DNA from: Paragordius varius
Lineage: Eukaryota; Animalia; Nematomorpha
Length of the DNA stretch: 64,000 nucleotides
Assembly: GCA_964247055.1 (NCBI GenBank)
Contig: OZ176051.1
Coordinates: 5,518,001 to 5,582,000, forward strand
Direction of reading: 5' to 3'
Made by a program: the position numbers and the translations under genes. The notes beneath the pieces are model-generated. The model made no database searches, was not told where the DNA came from, and saw nothing but the letters and a program-made list of their open reading frames with translations. Below are positions 14,045 through 27,400 of this stretch, piece by piece; the stretch's first letter is position 1, and each line of letters opens with the position of its first letter.

Positions 14045-17000
14045 ATGAAAAAGGCTATTATCCCTACTATTCTCTCGTATAGCAACCCTGAATTCGAATA
14101 TAATTTTGAAATAACTTGTGCACAACAAAATTATAAAACAATATTTAATTTAAATAATAATAATAATAATAATACTTATTCCAATATTCTTAAGGGTAAA
14201 TATAGGAGTAAATTTTTGCATCTACGCGCATCAAATATATTATCAATTTATTTATGGTGGTGGATACTACTCATATTCTATAATCAACTACTATTCCAGG
14301 GTCTTATGTGCAAGAGCACTTCAATGAGTTATCGGTTCCATGATACTCATAATATATTTAAACTTTTAAATCATTCAACCATAATTTCTGATAAATTAAA
14401 TAAAAATAAACGCCACATTGTGCCAAACACTAAATTATATTCGGAATATTCACAGGGTAAAACGTTTTCAATTATGAATTTTGCTCAAAATTATCCATTT
14501 CAAACGGAGGATGGAGAAGGAGAAGAAATTACTTTTAACGATTATATTCAACTTTGTCGATATTCCGGGGGCTTTGTCACTTTGCCATATTTTACAAAAG
14601 TTTTTGTTTCTATATGATAGATAGATAATATCGTATCACATTTCTCTGAAATATGATCTTTGTAGGTGGACATTGTTTTTTGTTGCATTTTACGACGTTT
14701 TCGCTAGTATATTCGCTTCGCTTTATCTAATTTTAAATATATTGTTTTTTTGTAAACCTTATGGTACATATAAATTAAGGTGTCATTGCAGTTTTTAGGT
14801 TTATAAGCGTTTTTTATAATTTTGGGGTATCAATAAAAAATTTATGCATTTTATGCATTGATGTATTAAATTATATAGACAAGTGGTTTCCAAAAGGGGG
14901 GCAAAGCTCCTTAAAGGGGCGTAGAAAAATATAGTGTAACAAAAATTTGGAGAGTTTAAATAAATAATAAAACTATTAAATGTAAAGGAGGATCTCAAGT
15001 GCAAGTTATGAAGAGTGTCCGATGCGGAAATAATTTTTCAACAATTCCAGATACAAAAATCTAATTATAATATAATATTATAAAAAATTTTGCATTTTTA
15101 TCTTTGTTTTTTGGGAGGAAAGGAGGGCGCAGGATTTTTTTAATTTGGCGGGGCATAAACAAAAAAGGTTAGGGATCACTGATATAGACAAAGCGTAAAC
15201 TTTAAGACAAATATTTTTTTAAAAAAAGACAACCATATGAAAATCTTGTTTTTTTATATATCATCTTTTTGGGTGACAAAAAAAATTATGATGTATATTT
15301 CACGCTATAAGGTAATGAAAAATTTTCAAAAAAATTTTTTTTAGTTTTTACGTCTTGTATTTTATATTATTATTATTATGATATGATAGTTAAGTTGTGC
15401 CCAATGCTTTGGTTTTACTTATCCTGACCACGATTTAGTGGCTTATGGATCCATTTTAATCCAAAAAACTGACATCCCTACCTTACTTGCATTGTTAGCC
15501 GATAGGGAACACGAGGAAAGGCTTCAAAAGAATCAGATCTCACAACCGAAGGTCAAATTTCTTAACAATGCATCTCATTCCAAAAAATCCAAATCCATAC
15601 CCATACTTTTTGAATACATGTTTGAAAAATGTATGCATGATATGATATGATTTAAAATATGTTATTTGTAATTAAATTTTGTAAGAGTCTATGATGCAAA
15701 TTTAACCAACGAAAAAATTATTTATTATAATCAACTTTGAACTAGCGAGTTTTCATAGAGATTTTACAAAACGACTTTCTAATAATTTAAAACTCAAGGA
15801 CCATCCATTTTTATTAAATTTTCTTAATATTCATAGAATTATAAGTAAAGTTTGGTATTGTAATCTTGAGGAACTCATTTCTTAAAACAATAATTTATAC
15901 CATTTTTTAGATATAAAATCTATGAATACATCCTCAACACCACTAAATATAACAAAATCCTTATCACCCATACAATTAAAGAAATACAAACATCACATTT
16001 TCAAAATTATATCACAGCTACTCATTACCACAGGTCTCCATTCTAAAACATTAACGACCCAAAAGCCAACGCCAGAGAGAGCCTATGAAAGACTAGTTCA
16101 AGCGGCTCGCAATATATTACAATTCATTAGACAGGAAATGATAACTTCAATTATCCCGACATTTGCTAACATTGGCCAAGGTTTGGGAATACCAAGTCAG
16201 CCCAAAAATAAAAATAGCATTGCTATGTATGAAGCTGATCCAAATAACCCAGATTCTCCTATCCTTTCCTACTTTCGTAATAAGGCTGAAACAAGGTATT
16301 GGCGACAATGTTGCATGGCCGCCATAGTTTGTTGTCAACAACATAAGCTAACAATCAACCTAAATCAAACTTTTTATGACGATATATTATTCTCACAAAC
16401 TAATCCTAACATTTTGCATGAAGAGTTTGACGAGGAAGTCGCTAAAAATTTAATGAAAGAACGATTAACACCGTTAATTCGAGATTGGACAACAAAAGCA
16501 TCTCAGAATAAAGGTTAGTTTATGAATGTTTTTATATCTAAAGTAAAAAAATATAAAAATGATAGGTGGGTTCGAAGCTTTTTCCATTAAAATTAAAAAC
16601 AAAAATTGATTTCCTAACACAAGCTTTGAAACATTGCAATAAAATTATAAAAATGTTGATTTAATTGCACGTTTATTAAATTTTAATTAAATTAAATTAT
16701 AAAATTTTTCAAAAAGCGATAACAGTTTACGTTCATGAATTTAGATTGGTTTTAAGCATTTTTATAAAATAAGTTATTGTAAGTTACATATATTTTACAT
16801 GTATTAGGTTAAAAAAAATTTTATAGCTTATATAAGAATGTGCCAGGTGAAGTATAAAAAGTAATGGCCATATGGAAAAATCAATAATTTATTGAATATT
16901 AATGATAATAATTTTAGAAAAGCGTATGCCAAAAAATAATTAATATAAAAATTATCCTCTCAGGCCAAAAGACTTTATCCAATAATTTTAAATGAAAGCG

Positions 17001-20000
17001 CAACTGATAACCGTTGTCCAATATTTGTTTGGATTAGACTGTTTAAGAAGTTATTATTTTGTCAAACTTAAATATTTTTAGTTGACAAACTTGAATTAGC
17101 TTCTCTTGCATATAATAATGTTTATTATGTGAAGGTTTGCAACTGAGTGATATTTATATCCGTGGGATGCATATTTATCATTTAATATATCCGTTAAGAT
17201 ATTTGAAGTGGAGGTATAATGGCATACATGACTTAACACATATCTAATGACTATGTAAAACCGCTTTTAAATTAAACAGTCAACAAATTATAACACTTAT
17301 TTGTCCAGTAAAATCTACTGGATCAAGTCATAACCATAATTTTATCATATAAAACAATAAATTAATGAATGCTAAACACATGCAACTTTATCAGACTAAT
17401 ATTTAGAAACTAATTTGGTAAATATATTAAATCGCGTTTTCAAACCAATTTCTTATTTATGAACATGAATAATTAATTTAAAAAAATAATATTAATAATG
17501 GTGCATTTTTCAAAACACAATATTCCCAAAGTACATTCATTTAATTAGGGGTCAAGAGTAATTTTATAGATTATAGATATATAGATAGTTTTACTTTTAG
17601 GATGTCCTGCTACCTGGGATGGTTGGCAATGTTGGCCCGACACATTAGCGGGCACTAAAATGGCCCTTCCATGTCCGCATCACATTCACGCTGGAAAATT
17701 TCGAATTCCATTAGGTTAGCGTTTTATTAAGTGTTGTACATTTTTAAAAAGTGATGTATTCCAAAATATATTTGACTTAATAAATTGTATTTGTTTAATG
17801 GTTTTCCATTATTCTGCATATAGTCCCAACTAGGGTTTCGCATTTGACTGCTTTTTTAAAAAAGTCCGGTCAGACCCAGTCAGACCACGGTCATGACCAC
17901 TTTTTACTTAAGTAAATATTGCGATATTAAATTGTGAAAATAATTTTTGTACGACACTTGTGTTTCACTCTTTCTAAAAAGTTTATATTATAGATTTTTT
18001 TGATATTTATTATTTACAAATATTTTAAATCATTTAATCAAATTTTGTTTTCATATAAATTTTGCCACATGTTTGTGGCCTTCTGAATCTTCTAATACAT
18101 AGTTTTTGATACTGGATATTTCCAATAAAATTTTACCAAGTTTGTTTTAAACTGTATTTCATCATTGAAATATTCAATTATAAAATGTTTATTCAAAATA
18201 TTCCCATATATGGAATAATTGCATATTTTGCAAACTGCTTGATTGTGTTGTTTTTCGAAATAACTGGATATTGAATGCCAATGTTATAACGATCATGTTT
18301 AACAATTTTATATTGTTAAATATGGATATTTAAATAATTAATTTATATTTTAAAAAATATAAAAAACAATAAAATCTTATTTTTCAAATAAAAATTACCA
18401 GTAATTTTTCAAAAAACAGCTGTTTTTTTAAATGACCGTGGTCATGACCCGGTCAATTGACCGGTTCATGACTTGGTCAGCACAACCCTAGTCCCAACAC
18501 ATGTTAAAGTGTAATCTTTAGCTAAAAGATATATGGAATTTTGCTAAAAAGGTTAGGATATCCCGCCTCCTAAAATCTATTAATGCTTTAAAACATAAAT
18601 TCAGTTACTATATAAGTTCTTCATAGATAATAAAATACAATTAAATTTTCAGTATTACATCCATTATATTTTTGACAAATTAACTATTTTGATTTTTAAT
18701 TTAGAATAACTGATTTTTTTATTGGTCATTATTTGGAAGGATAATAAATTTTTGTTTGATCGAAATTTTTAATTTTGCATTTTCTAGGCGCCAACGTAAC
18801 AAAATATTGTGAGCCAAATCAAACTTGGTTTAAAGTATATGATCCCATCAAGGATAGTTATAAGGAGTGGAGCAATTATTCCCAATGTCTCAAAGTGGAT
18901 GTATTCATTAATTTAATTATTTGTTAAAATTTCGAAGATTGTATAAAACTTTATTTAAAATATTTTCCTATTAATATCAAGTTTTATCTCCGAAGACAAT
19001 ATGTACGGATAGGTGCGTATTGCATTAGTATTCTATCTATCATTCCAGCACTTATAATCTATCGTATTTTCAAGTATATATTATATCATATGTCATTTAT
19101 TAATAAATAAAAATTTAGCCAATATTTTTTTTATCTGGTCAATATTTTAAGCTAATAGTATCCACATTTGGTAATTCACTTTTGGAAACTTCTCAGTGAA
19201 GTCTTAATTTTTCTAATTTTTTTAATTTAGATTAAGTAATTAACGTTTTAAACAAAAATAAGGTAAACATGTTCTAAATTTTGTAAATTTCATTAACTAA
19301 TTATATAGTTTATAATCCCTTACCTAAATTTATGGCAAGCTCTAATATTTTACGAGCAGTCTTCATTCTTGTAATTAGTGTCAATTTTTAATTGTATATA
19401 TATATGGCATTTAAAAATGTTTTACGAAATTTTTCCAATTTGCAATAGAGCAGTCCAGTTACTACGTTTTAATAATTTGATATTATGATAATTGTTGTCA
19501 AGTTACAGTATGGGTAAGTATATATTGCTAGAAAGTTATTAATTATTGCCAAATAGCATATGCAGCAATTGAAATTTTATTATTGGCTAATAATAGTAAA
19601 AAGTGAAAAACATAACTATAAGCCAATAAAACTGCCCTTTGTAGTATATGCTATTTGGCAATTATTAATAACTTTCTAGCAATGTATACTTACTTATACT
19701 GTAAAATACTTGAAATCTGATTGTATACTATTTTTTTAGGTATTAATAAAACAAAAATAAGAAATATTGTATTTTTTTAGGGTCCAGGTGTACGTTTTGA
19801 TATGCTAAATTTTTAGATATAAATGGGATCCAGAACAAAATTAAATAACGGCATATATTTTTATATATACATATAATATGCGCTAATTTTTTTTATTAAT
19901 TATCGAAATTCTCTAAGTACCAAAAAACTATCTAGCCAAAAAGTTCGAATTTTAATTTTGTATGCTTTAAACATCATATCAATAATCTCAACATTGTTTT

Positions 20001-23000
20001 GTACCATTCCATGCCATTTTAAAAAATTTATAGTATCACAATCATAATATTACATTATATTTTGCCAACAAATTATATTTTACGCGATATAGTTTGAAAA
20101 GCACACGAGTAAAATTACATCAAAACTTTATGGTTTCCTTCCTTCTCAAAGGCGTAACCGTCCTAATTTTTGATTCCATATACGTCTCACAAAATGAATG
20201 GGATAACAAATCACAAATCATATTATCTACGGTATGCAATTAATTTATTTTATTCATAAATAGAATTTCGATAATAAGCGTAATAATTCCAAATTTTCAT
20301 AAGATTCTTTAATCTATTGGTGCGATCACATATTATATTATTACTTATATACTTACTCATTTTACATTTTCATAGTCAGGCATCATAAGCTATATTTACA
20401 CAAAGTTTTTTAATATTTATAATTATATACAGCGATTGTCACATGAATTGTATAATGATAACAAAATAAAACCATGGACTGACTATATGTTTAAAATTAT
20501 ATTTCTTAGAAATTATGTGGATTTTTGGCATTTTTTAACAAATATTTTCTACTTTCCACCTATTGTTGGATGTTCAATGAAGGATTCTACCTTTACAATA
20601 TTCTAGTTTTTCCGCTCACGTTCAAAGATTCTATAAATATGTACTTAGCGATTGGGTGGGGTAAAATTATGATTTTAATATATAGTAAAAGCTTAAAATG
20701 AACACACTTGGAATACGGATATGTTTATTTAAAATAATGTTATAAAACAAATAAAGTGAGACGTTAAAAGCCTACGAAAAGGTATAAGAAAAAACCATTA
20801 AACATGCAAATTTTTCCAACAATATATTTTTACATTACATGTGATAGAATGATTTCGAATCGTAAAGAACAAATTAAATTGGCTTTGATTCATTTTAAAT
20901 TTAAATTCATTTCGAATTCATCGCGCGTCTCGCATAAGCCTGTGTCATTTCACTTTTTTTTTCATATTTTAAATTTTAACACTATGTTACACTTGAAATT
21001 ACGTATGAGTAAGTATAAAGTTATTAATTATTACCAAATAGCATGTATTTAGCAAAATGGATTTTTACTGGCTAATAAAAGTAAAAAGTGAAAAAATAAC
21101 TAAAGCAAATAATACTGCCCTTTGTTCCATATGCTATTTGGCAATAATTAATAACTTTCTAGCAATATATATTTACTCATACCCTATGTATAAGCAAGCA
21201 GACATTTGGAGTAGTAAAAGAAAAAATAATTTTAAACCAATTCTCCTATCAATAATAAATAAAGCTTTTATTTGTATCTTGGTAATTTTATTATATATAA
21301 ATATCTTATAATTGAATTGATTATAATAATTTATTTTAAAATATAATTTTTTAAGTTAATTCTATTAGTGAAATAGCGAAAAATTGAAAATTCATGAGAA
21401 AATAATTTTTACAATAAATTTAAATATTTTAGGGATATTACGCTTTAAAGGACAACTATAATTATCTTAGAAAATTTAAATTATTGTCAAATATATTAAA
21501 TGTTCTCATTACTAATTTTATATGTAGGATTACCAATTATTCCGTTAATCATTTATTTGGGGCTTAAAAAACAGCATGACACTGGCAGGTAATGTTAATT
21601 TTAGATTTATAGCATAATAAATTTTATTCTATTAACCCTTGTTTTTCATTTATTATAGCTGTTGGATCATTAAAGTTTCCATCATCGATTGGATTTTATA
21701 CAGCATCTGTATAATAATTCTATTGGTAAAATTTATATATTTACATTGGATACTTACAATGAAATCCATTATTTGTTCTTAATCTATATTAGCTGTATTT
21801 TCTTTGGTCCTTTTTATTATTCATCATGCGTAAAATTGTTGGTATACTAATAGCTCATTCAGTACATTAGTTAGAGGCTTTTCAAAAAAAAGAAAAAAAC
21901 TGTTTTGTGCCTAATATATTCATTCCATTTCGATGATCACACATCATGTCCATTAAAAAACTGCAATTCAGTTAACACTGTATCGAACAAAGTGCTTTTA
22001 TAATGTAAATTATATTATGTTTATTAATGACAAAACCTATTTAGTAGAGACATGGCTAATATTAAAAATTACTGTGGTACATACATTACAGAATCTGTTA
22101 CAAAAAAAATAGTTTTACCATTTTATTTTATGGTTAAGTGCATCATTCCACCACTTAAAAATATTAATATGCCTACTTTTTAGATTAATGTCATCTTCCT
22201 GGTACTCATTGTAAAAATTATTGTACTCAAACTGATTAGCGGTAAGAGTGGCGAAAACCTATGGTACAGGTAAAAAATAATTTTCTTAAGATATAAATTT
22301 TTTAGAAAATAACTAATAACTAATTTTTTTAAATTACTTAATCATTTATGTTTGAATTCGCTTTTTAAAACCTAATTAAAAGCTGGGAAAATAATATTTG
22401 GCAAAAATATGCATAGTGCCTACAAAAAAATAACCTAATAAAATATATATATTCTGTTAGGAAAATGTATTATCAGAGTTCGTTTGGTTTTGGACTTCAT
22501 GAGTCGTTTAAGAAAGTTATTTACACTTTTGTGGCATAGACTCTATATCGGAAAATGGCAAAATTTGGGCAATCTTTTTAAATAATTTTTTATTGTTAAA
22601 AGCTAAAGGCTTCATTTCAAAAAATATTACACAAATATATTAAACTACTTATAAAAGCAGAATGATTTTGAATTTTAATTTTTAGATGTTAGTTCCAAAA
22701 TTACCAATTTTTTTCTCCTCTAAAATGGACTAGTCTTAAACACAAAAATGCCGAAATTGCACGATAAAAATCTTAAATATCCAAATTTTGATATCAACCA
22801 AAAAAAGTTCAAAATTTGTTCGCATTTTTCAAAAATTTAATTTTAGCAAAATTTTATTACCGTACTTCATAGTATGAGGCATGATGTAAACATTATAAAA
22901 CCGTTTATAATATTATAACACTTATTCTATATAGTTCGGAATAAACATTTCTATCACCTCAGAATTTTGAATAAGACGTTCTTTCGTCTTCACAAATTTA

Positions 23001-24738
23001 AATGAATATAAATTGGTAAAAAGCAAACCGACCTTTAAATTATTATGAGGTGATAGAAATGTTTAGCATCATCAAATTATGTGGAAAAAGTGTTTTTATA
23101 ATATCTATAATCGTTTTTATACCGTTTCTATCATGCCTCAAAATAGTAAGTATTTTGAAAAAAGTATCCCCTTTTTAAAAATAATTTTAATTGTTATCAA
23201 AATTTAGCATATATTTAAAATTTTTATTGCGCAATCTAGGCATTTTTTGGGTTTATTTTAAGAGAACTTAGCCTATATTTGAAGTGAGAAAAAATTTGGA
23301 ACTTTCGAAGCCCACATCTAAAAATTATAATTTTTTAAAAATATTGTTTTGCTTTCTTTATGTAGTTTATGATATATTAGTGATATTTATTGGAATGAAA
23401 CCTTTAGCTTTTACCAAAAAAAATTTATTTAGAAAAATTTGCGTAAATGCCATTTTTCGATATGGAGCTACCACAAACTTATAAATAACTTTCTTAAATC
23501 ACTCGTAAGGCTAAAACTAAAAGCACCATGGATACATTTTCCTATCGGAATATTTATATATCATCAGGTTATTTTTTATACTCCCCAATACCACTTCATG
23601 TATAAATAGAAAAATAATTTTAGTATTCTTAAACAAAGCTTTATAAAATTTAATTATATATAAAAAAATGACTGTATATTTTAAATTTATTTAGTGTTAC
23701 ATGTTTTATAGACAAACGCTTAAAGCGGTCGGTATATTAGTGCCATTGTTTGGAATTCAAATACTCCTTACTTTGTATAGGCCGCCTCTCTCAAATGGCA
23801 TCTTAGAATTGTATCATAATATCAATTCCTTGTTTGAGGGACTGCAAGTTAATTTCAGATAATATATGTTTATCTTTATTAAACAACATTTTTTTGAAGA
23901 TAATCTTTTAATAATATTATCATATATTAAATTAAAAAGGCGAGGCTTCTTAATAAATTTTTGCGACACATTGCGTGTTATTATTAATACTTATTCATTT
24001 TCGAGAGAATGTCAAAAATATATGTTTTATTTAAAATTTTTATTTTCTAAATGTCCAATATAGCCAATAATGTTTTTATATAAAACATTAATGAATATTT
24101 ATATACTAGAACACTATACAATGTTTTATTATGAAAAAATTTTTTTAGGGCTTTACAGTGGCTCTCATCTTTTGCTATATAAATGGAGAGGTATGTAACA
24201 ATTACTAAAAATTATTTATATATACAGTATCTATTGCTCATGATAACCCTATTCCTCAGAATAATTCTTTCCCATTAAAAATAATATAAACTTTTTTTAC
24301 ATGGCCTGATTAAAAAAATTTATTAATATAACCGCTAAAAGTTTTGGATAGTGAAGTGCTATCATATTAATAAACAATAAAATTTTTCATTATTCCAATT
24401 CTATAATCATTTTTAAAAGTCATTTTTAATTGACAAATACTTTGATAGAAGTCTCACGATGCAATTTAATACCCTATATTTAACCCACAGTTGGGATCAT
24501 TATAAATAAGGCCATTTTACAATTTATATATTTAAACTTTAATTTTTTTTGGTAGGTAATAAATAAATTTCGTCGTACTCTACGCAAAGAATCAGATGAA
24601 AGTAATATACTCAAGGGAACACACAAAAATCAAAGTGGTGGTCCAAACAGTACAAATATGGCTGAATGTGTTCCAATTTTTCCTCTCACATCAGATAGCC
24701 ATATATCACCTCAGAGGCCGCCATCATACGAAAGGTAG
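14045..24738 (+). CDS. Secretin-family (class B1) GPCR, calcitonin/DH31-receptor-like, ~860 aa. Exons 14045-14599, 15390-15630, 15911-16513, 17601-17714, 18788-18900, 18982-19073, 20093-20231, 20510-20660, 21528-21588, 21659-21725, 22184-22269, 23712-23847, 24149-24190, 24556-24738
   Basis: All 13 introns are GT-AG and phase-compatible. Hormone-receptor domain: [20 protein letters not shown] / [19 protein letters not shown] motifs: RVKLHQNF (TM2), [11 protein letters not shown] (TM3), IGWGLP (TM4), CW (ECL2), INVIFL (TM5), ILVPLFG (TM6), [16 protein letters not shown] (TM7). The start codon is uncertain (14045 or 13960). Confidence 0.93.
14153..14173 (+). repeat. (AAT)7 trinucleotide repeat (poly-Asn in the GPCR N-terminal ORF)
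   Basis: Direct reading of the sequence. Confidence 0.9.
14881..15181 (-). mobile_element. hAT-type MITE (301 bp) in GPCR intron 1
   Basis: Imperfect TIRs (aagtggttt / gggatcactg) flanked by a perfect 8-bp TSD atatagac at 14873-80 and 15182-89. Homologous in inverted orientation to 59653-59917. Confidence 0.85.
17831..18490. mobile_element. hAT-type MITE (660 bp) in a GPCR intron
   Basis: TIR tagggtt/aacccta, perfect 8-bp TSD gtcccaac at 17823-30 and 18491-98, and subterminal ggtca/tgacc motif clusters. Confidence 0.88.
19506..19701. mobile_element. Tc1/mariner-type MITE, family 1 (196 bp, ~60-bp TIR, TA TSD)
   Basis: TA|cagtatgggtaagtatatattgctagaaagttattaattattgccaaatagcata ... inverted copy ending atactg|TA. 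Confidence 0.9.
21003..21185. mobile_element. MITE family 1 copy
   Basis: Matches 19506-19701 with small deletions. Confidence 0.8.
22440..23600. mobile_element. ~1.15-kb foldback (long-TIR palindromic) element in a GPCR intron
   Basis: Central inversion aaacatttctatcacctca / tgaggtgatagaaatgttt. The outer arms 22470-22700 and 23300-23560 are reverse complements. Confidence 0.75.
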
Positions 24739-25374
24739 GGACGGATTATTATATCCTTCTGTTTTTGTGTTAAATAACCAATTACACGGAATAATATAAT
24801 AATTTTGTCGATTTTATACATACTATGTGCCAAATTAAGAGTTATGTCATAGAATGACTTTAATACCATTATAAGAAATGAAAGTTATTAGCATTATTTT
24901 TCAAAATGGCTCAAAAGGATAGCAATGTTTTAAAATACTTAATACCAAATAAATTTTTAAGAGGATCAAAATTATATGTTATGAATTAAATTGCATTAAT
25001 TTTTATACTTACTATATATAATTCAAATTTTCTTGTACCATATATTTAGTCTCAGGAAGATGCCCATATAATATATACTTTGTTCCAATCCAATTATGGA
25101 TTAACTATTTAATGTTAAAAAACCGCATATGCTTTTTACAAAGATGAAATGAATTAAGTTTAATTTTTTTAAAATGTGCTTATTAAAGACATGATATGGA
25201 AAATGTTTTGTAACAAATTTTTGCTTAACTCATGATTTGTAAGATAAAAATGTATTGAAATACTCAATATTCAAAATGATGATTTATCCTTACCATAAAT
25301 TGATATACGATTACAGTAATTTTTAGGGTAGCCATATCTGTAACATAAGATTAGGCAAAAACATGCCTTTATAT

Positions 25375-25690
25375 GTAAACATAAAATAAACTGGGATGCC
25401 GAAGTTGTCGATACAGAGGAAAACAGAACAAAAAGAATATTAAAGGAAAGTTTTTATATTAACAAAGAAGGAAATATAATGAACAGAAAGAAGGATCTTA
25501 ATAATATTAATAACGTTACAAATTTTTTTCTTATTAACAATACACACATGTTTTTTTAGTTTCATATCTCATTAAATATTTTTACTTTATAATTTAAATT
25601 TTAATTTATATTTTTATTTTATTTTTACGTTTGACAAAGATTACTTGTAGTAATCGAAATATTATAATAAATTTATATTATTTTTGCTGA
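25375..25690 (+). mobile_element. Penelope-like element 3' fragment (GIY-YIG endonuclease C-terminus)
   Basis: Translates KHKINWDAEVVDTEENRTKRILKESFYINKEGNIMNRKKDL, matching the Penelope endonuclease tail pattern (H..W...IL..E....R...ES..I...MNR..D). Confidence 0.65.
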
Positions 25691-26699
25691 ATTATTCCAT
25701 ATTTAATAATACAATCACAATTCAGCGTAAACAATATCTAAGAATATTTAAGTTGTAACAAAAAATATAATTATAAAAATAAACTATCATCAAATAATAT
25801 TTTTTAATGTAGTGTATAACACGACTAAGATTTCATCCAATTTTATTAGTATATTCCAAATTTTCAGAATTTTATTTGTTTTAGCCAATATGTGGAAGAT
25901 ACAAACTTTTAAATTAGGACTTTTGCTCTATCGTACCATTTTAACTTCACTTAAACAATATTTTAGGGCCAAAATTTGGCATACCACAAAATTTTTTTTA
26001 ATTATATTTTATTGTAGATGATCCATGTTTGGGCATCAAAAAACCTGCAATGTGATAGTTAGATTAGATGTTATTATATGTAGAAAATTATATGTATAAT
26101 AAATGATAATTTGTATTAAATAATAACATAATATAGTTTTATTCTATATATTATGAGCAATTTTATTAAAAACAGGCCTACAAGATTGGGAAAAATAAAA
26201 TTATTAAAAGAATTTAAGCCTCAAAGACATAACAGAGAATTTTTTGTTGCCACTAGTTATTAAGAAAATGTAATAAGTTGGCTGTTGACAATCCGTAAAA
26301 CGTGTAGGAATTATAGTCGCGCCACTTTTTCGAAATATCCCTTCACTTAAACCCCACACTCCGTGTTAAAATATTACCAAAAACCACAAATCACTTATCG
26401 TGTCTTTAAGAAATTTTTGGAAAATGTGTGTAGGCCCATTCAAGTTCAATAATAAAAAATTTTTAAGCAATCAAACGGCTCATTTTTTTATTTCAGCCCC
26501 TATATATAACCGCTCTCCGTAAAAATACATTTTTGCAAAAAAATAGGTCTCCAAAAACAATTTAGTAACGAATTTTTATATAAGACTATATAATATCGTT
26601 AATGGTTTTACTTCCATAGGTAACATAACCCGACGCCTTTTTTAAATAGAGGGTATCAAATTAATTTTTCAGTGTAAGAACAGGCAGGCATTAATATAT

Positions 26700-27400
26700 C
26701 TTGATAAGATAGTGAAATAAATCAGGATTTTATTTGGTTTTGGGCCTAACGAGTCATTTAAGAAAGATATTTATGATTTTGTTTAATGTCAAAATTTGCG
26801 CACATTTTTACTAATAATTTTTGTATGATCCATTCCAAAAAGCAATATTTTATTAAAATTTTAATTTGTAGATGTGGGCTACAGAAGTCTCAAATATTTT
26901 GCCCTTCCTATTACAATTTCGAACATGCTCCGAAATAGCAAAAATACGATTCATATTTCAAAATTTTTATTTCGGTTATTTCTAGTCATAATCTACCATA
27001 TATTAGAAAATTCTTATTTGCGTAAATTTTGAGAAAACTAGCCAGTTATGGAGGGCTAAAAAATTTTGAAGGCCACATCTAAAAATTAAAATATTATATT
27101 CTTTTAGAATGTAATTTATGATGTATTTTAATGGTATTTTTTAAAACAATTGGAGTTTACCAAAAAGGTTTCTTAAAATATCTGTTCACAAAATCTGGTC
27201 AAAAGTTATTACCTTATTATCATGGTGATTCATACAAAATATGGCAAAATTTGGGCATCTTATGCTAAATAATTATTTTGTCAAAACCAAATGCTTCATT
27301 AAAAATCATATATTACATTATAAACTACATTTTCATGCACGATAATATTTTTAGTTTTAAGTTGCCTCTGCTAAATGGGCTGGCTCGTAAAACGCATTAA
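26700..27400. mobile_element. Degenerate copy of the foldback family at 22440-23600
   Basis: Shared arm motifs (ggttttgg-cct-acgagtcatttaagaaag, tttagatgtgggct, ccacatctaaaaatt) occur in both orientations. Confidence 0.55.
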
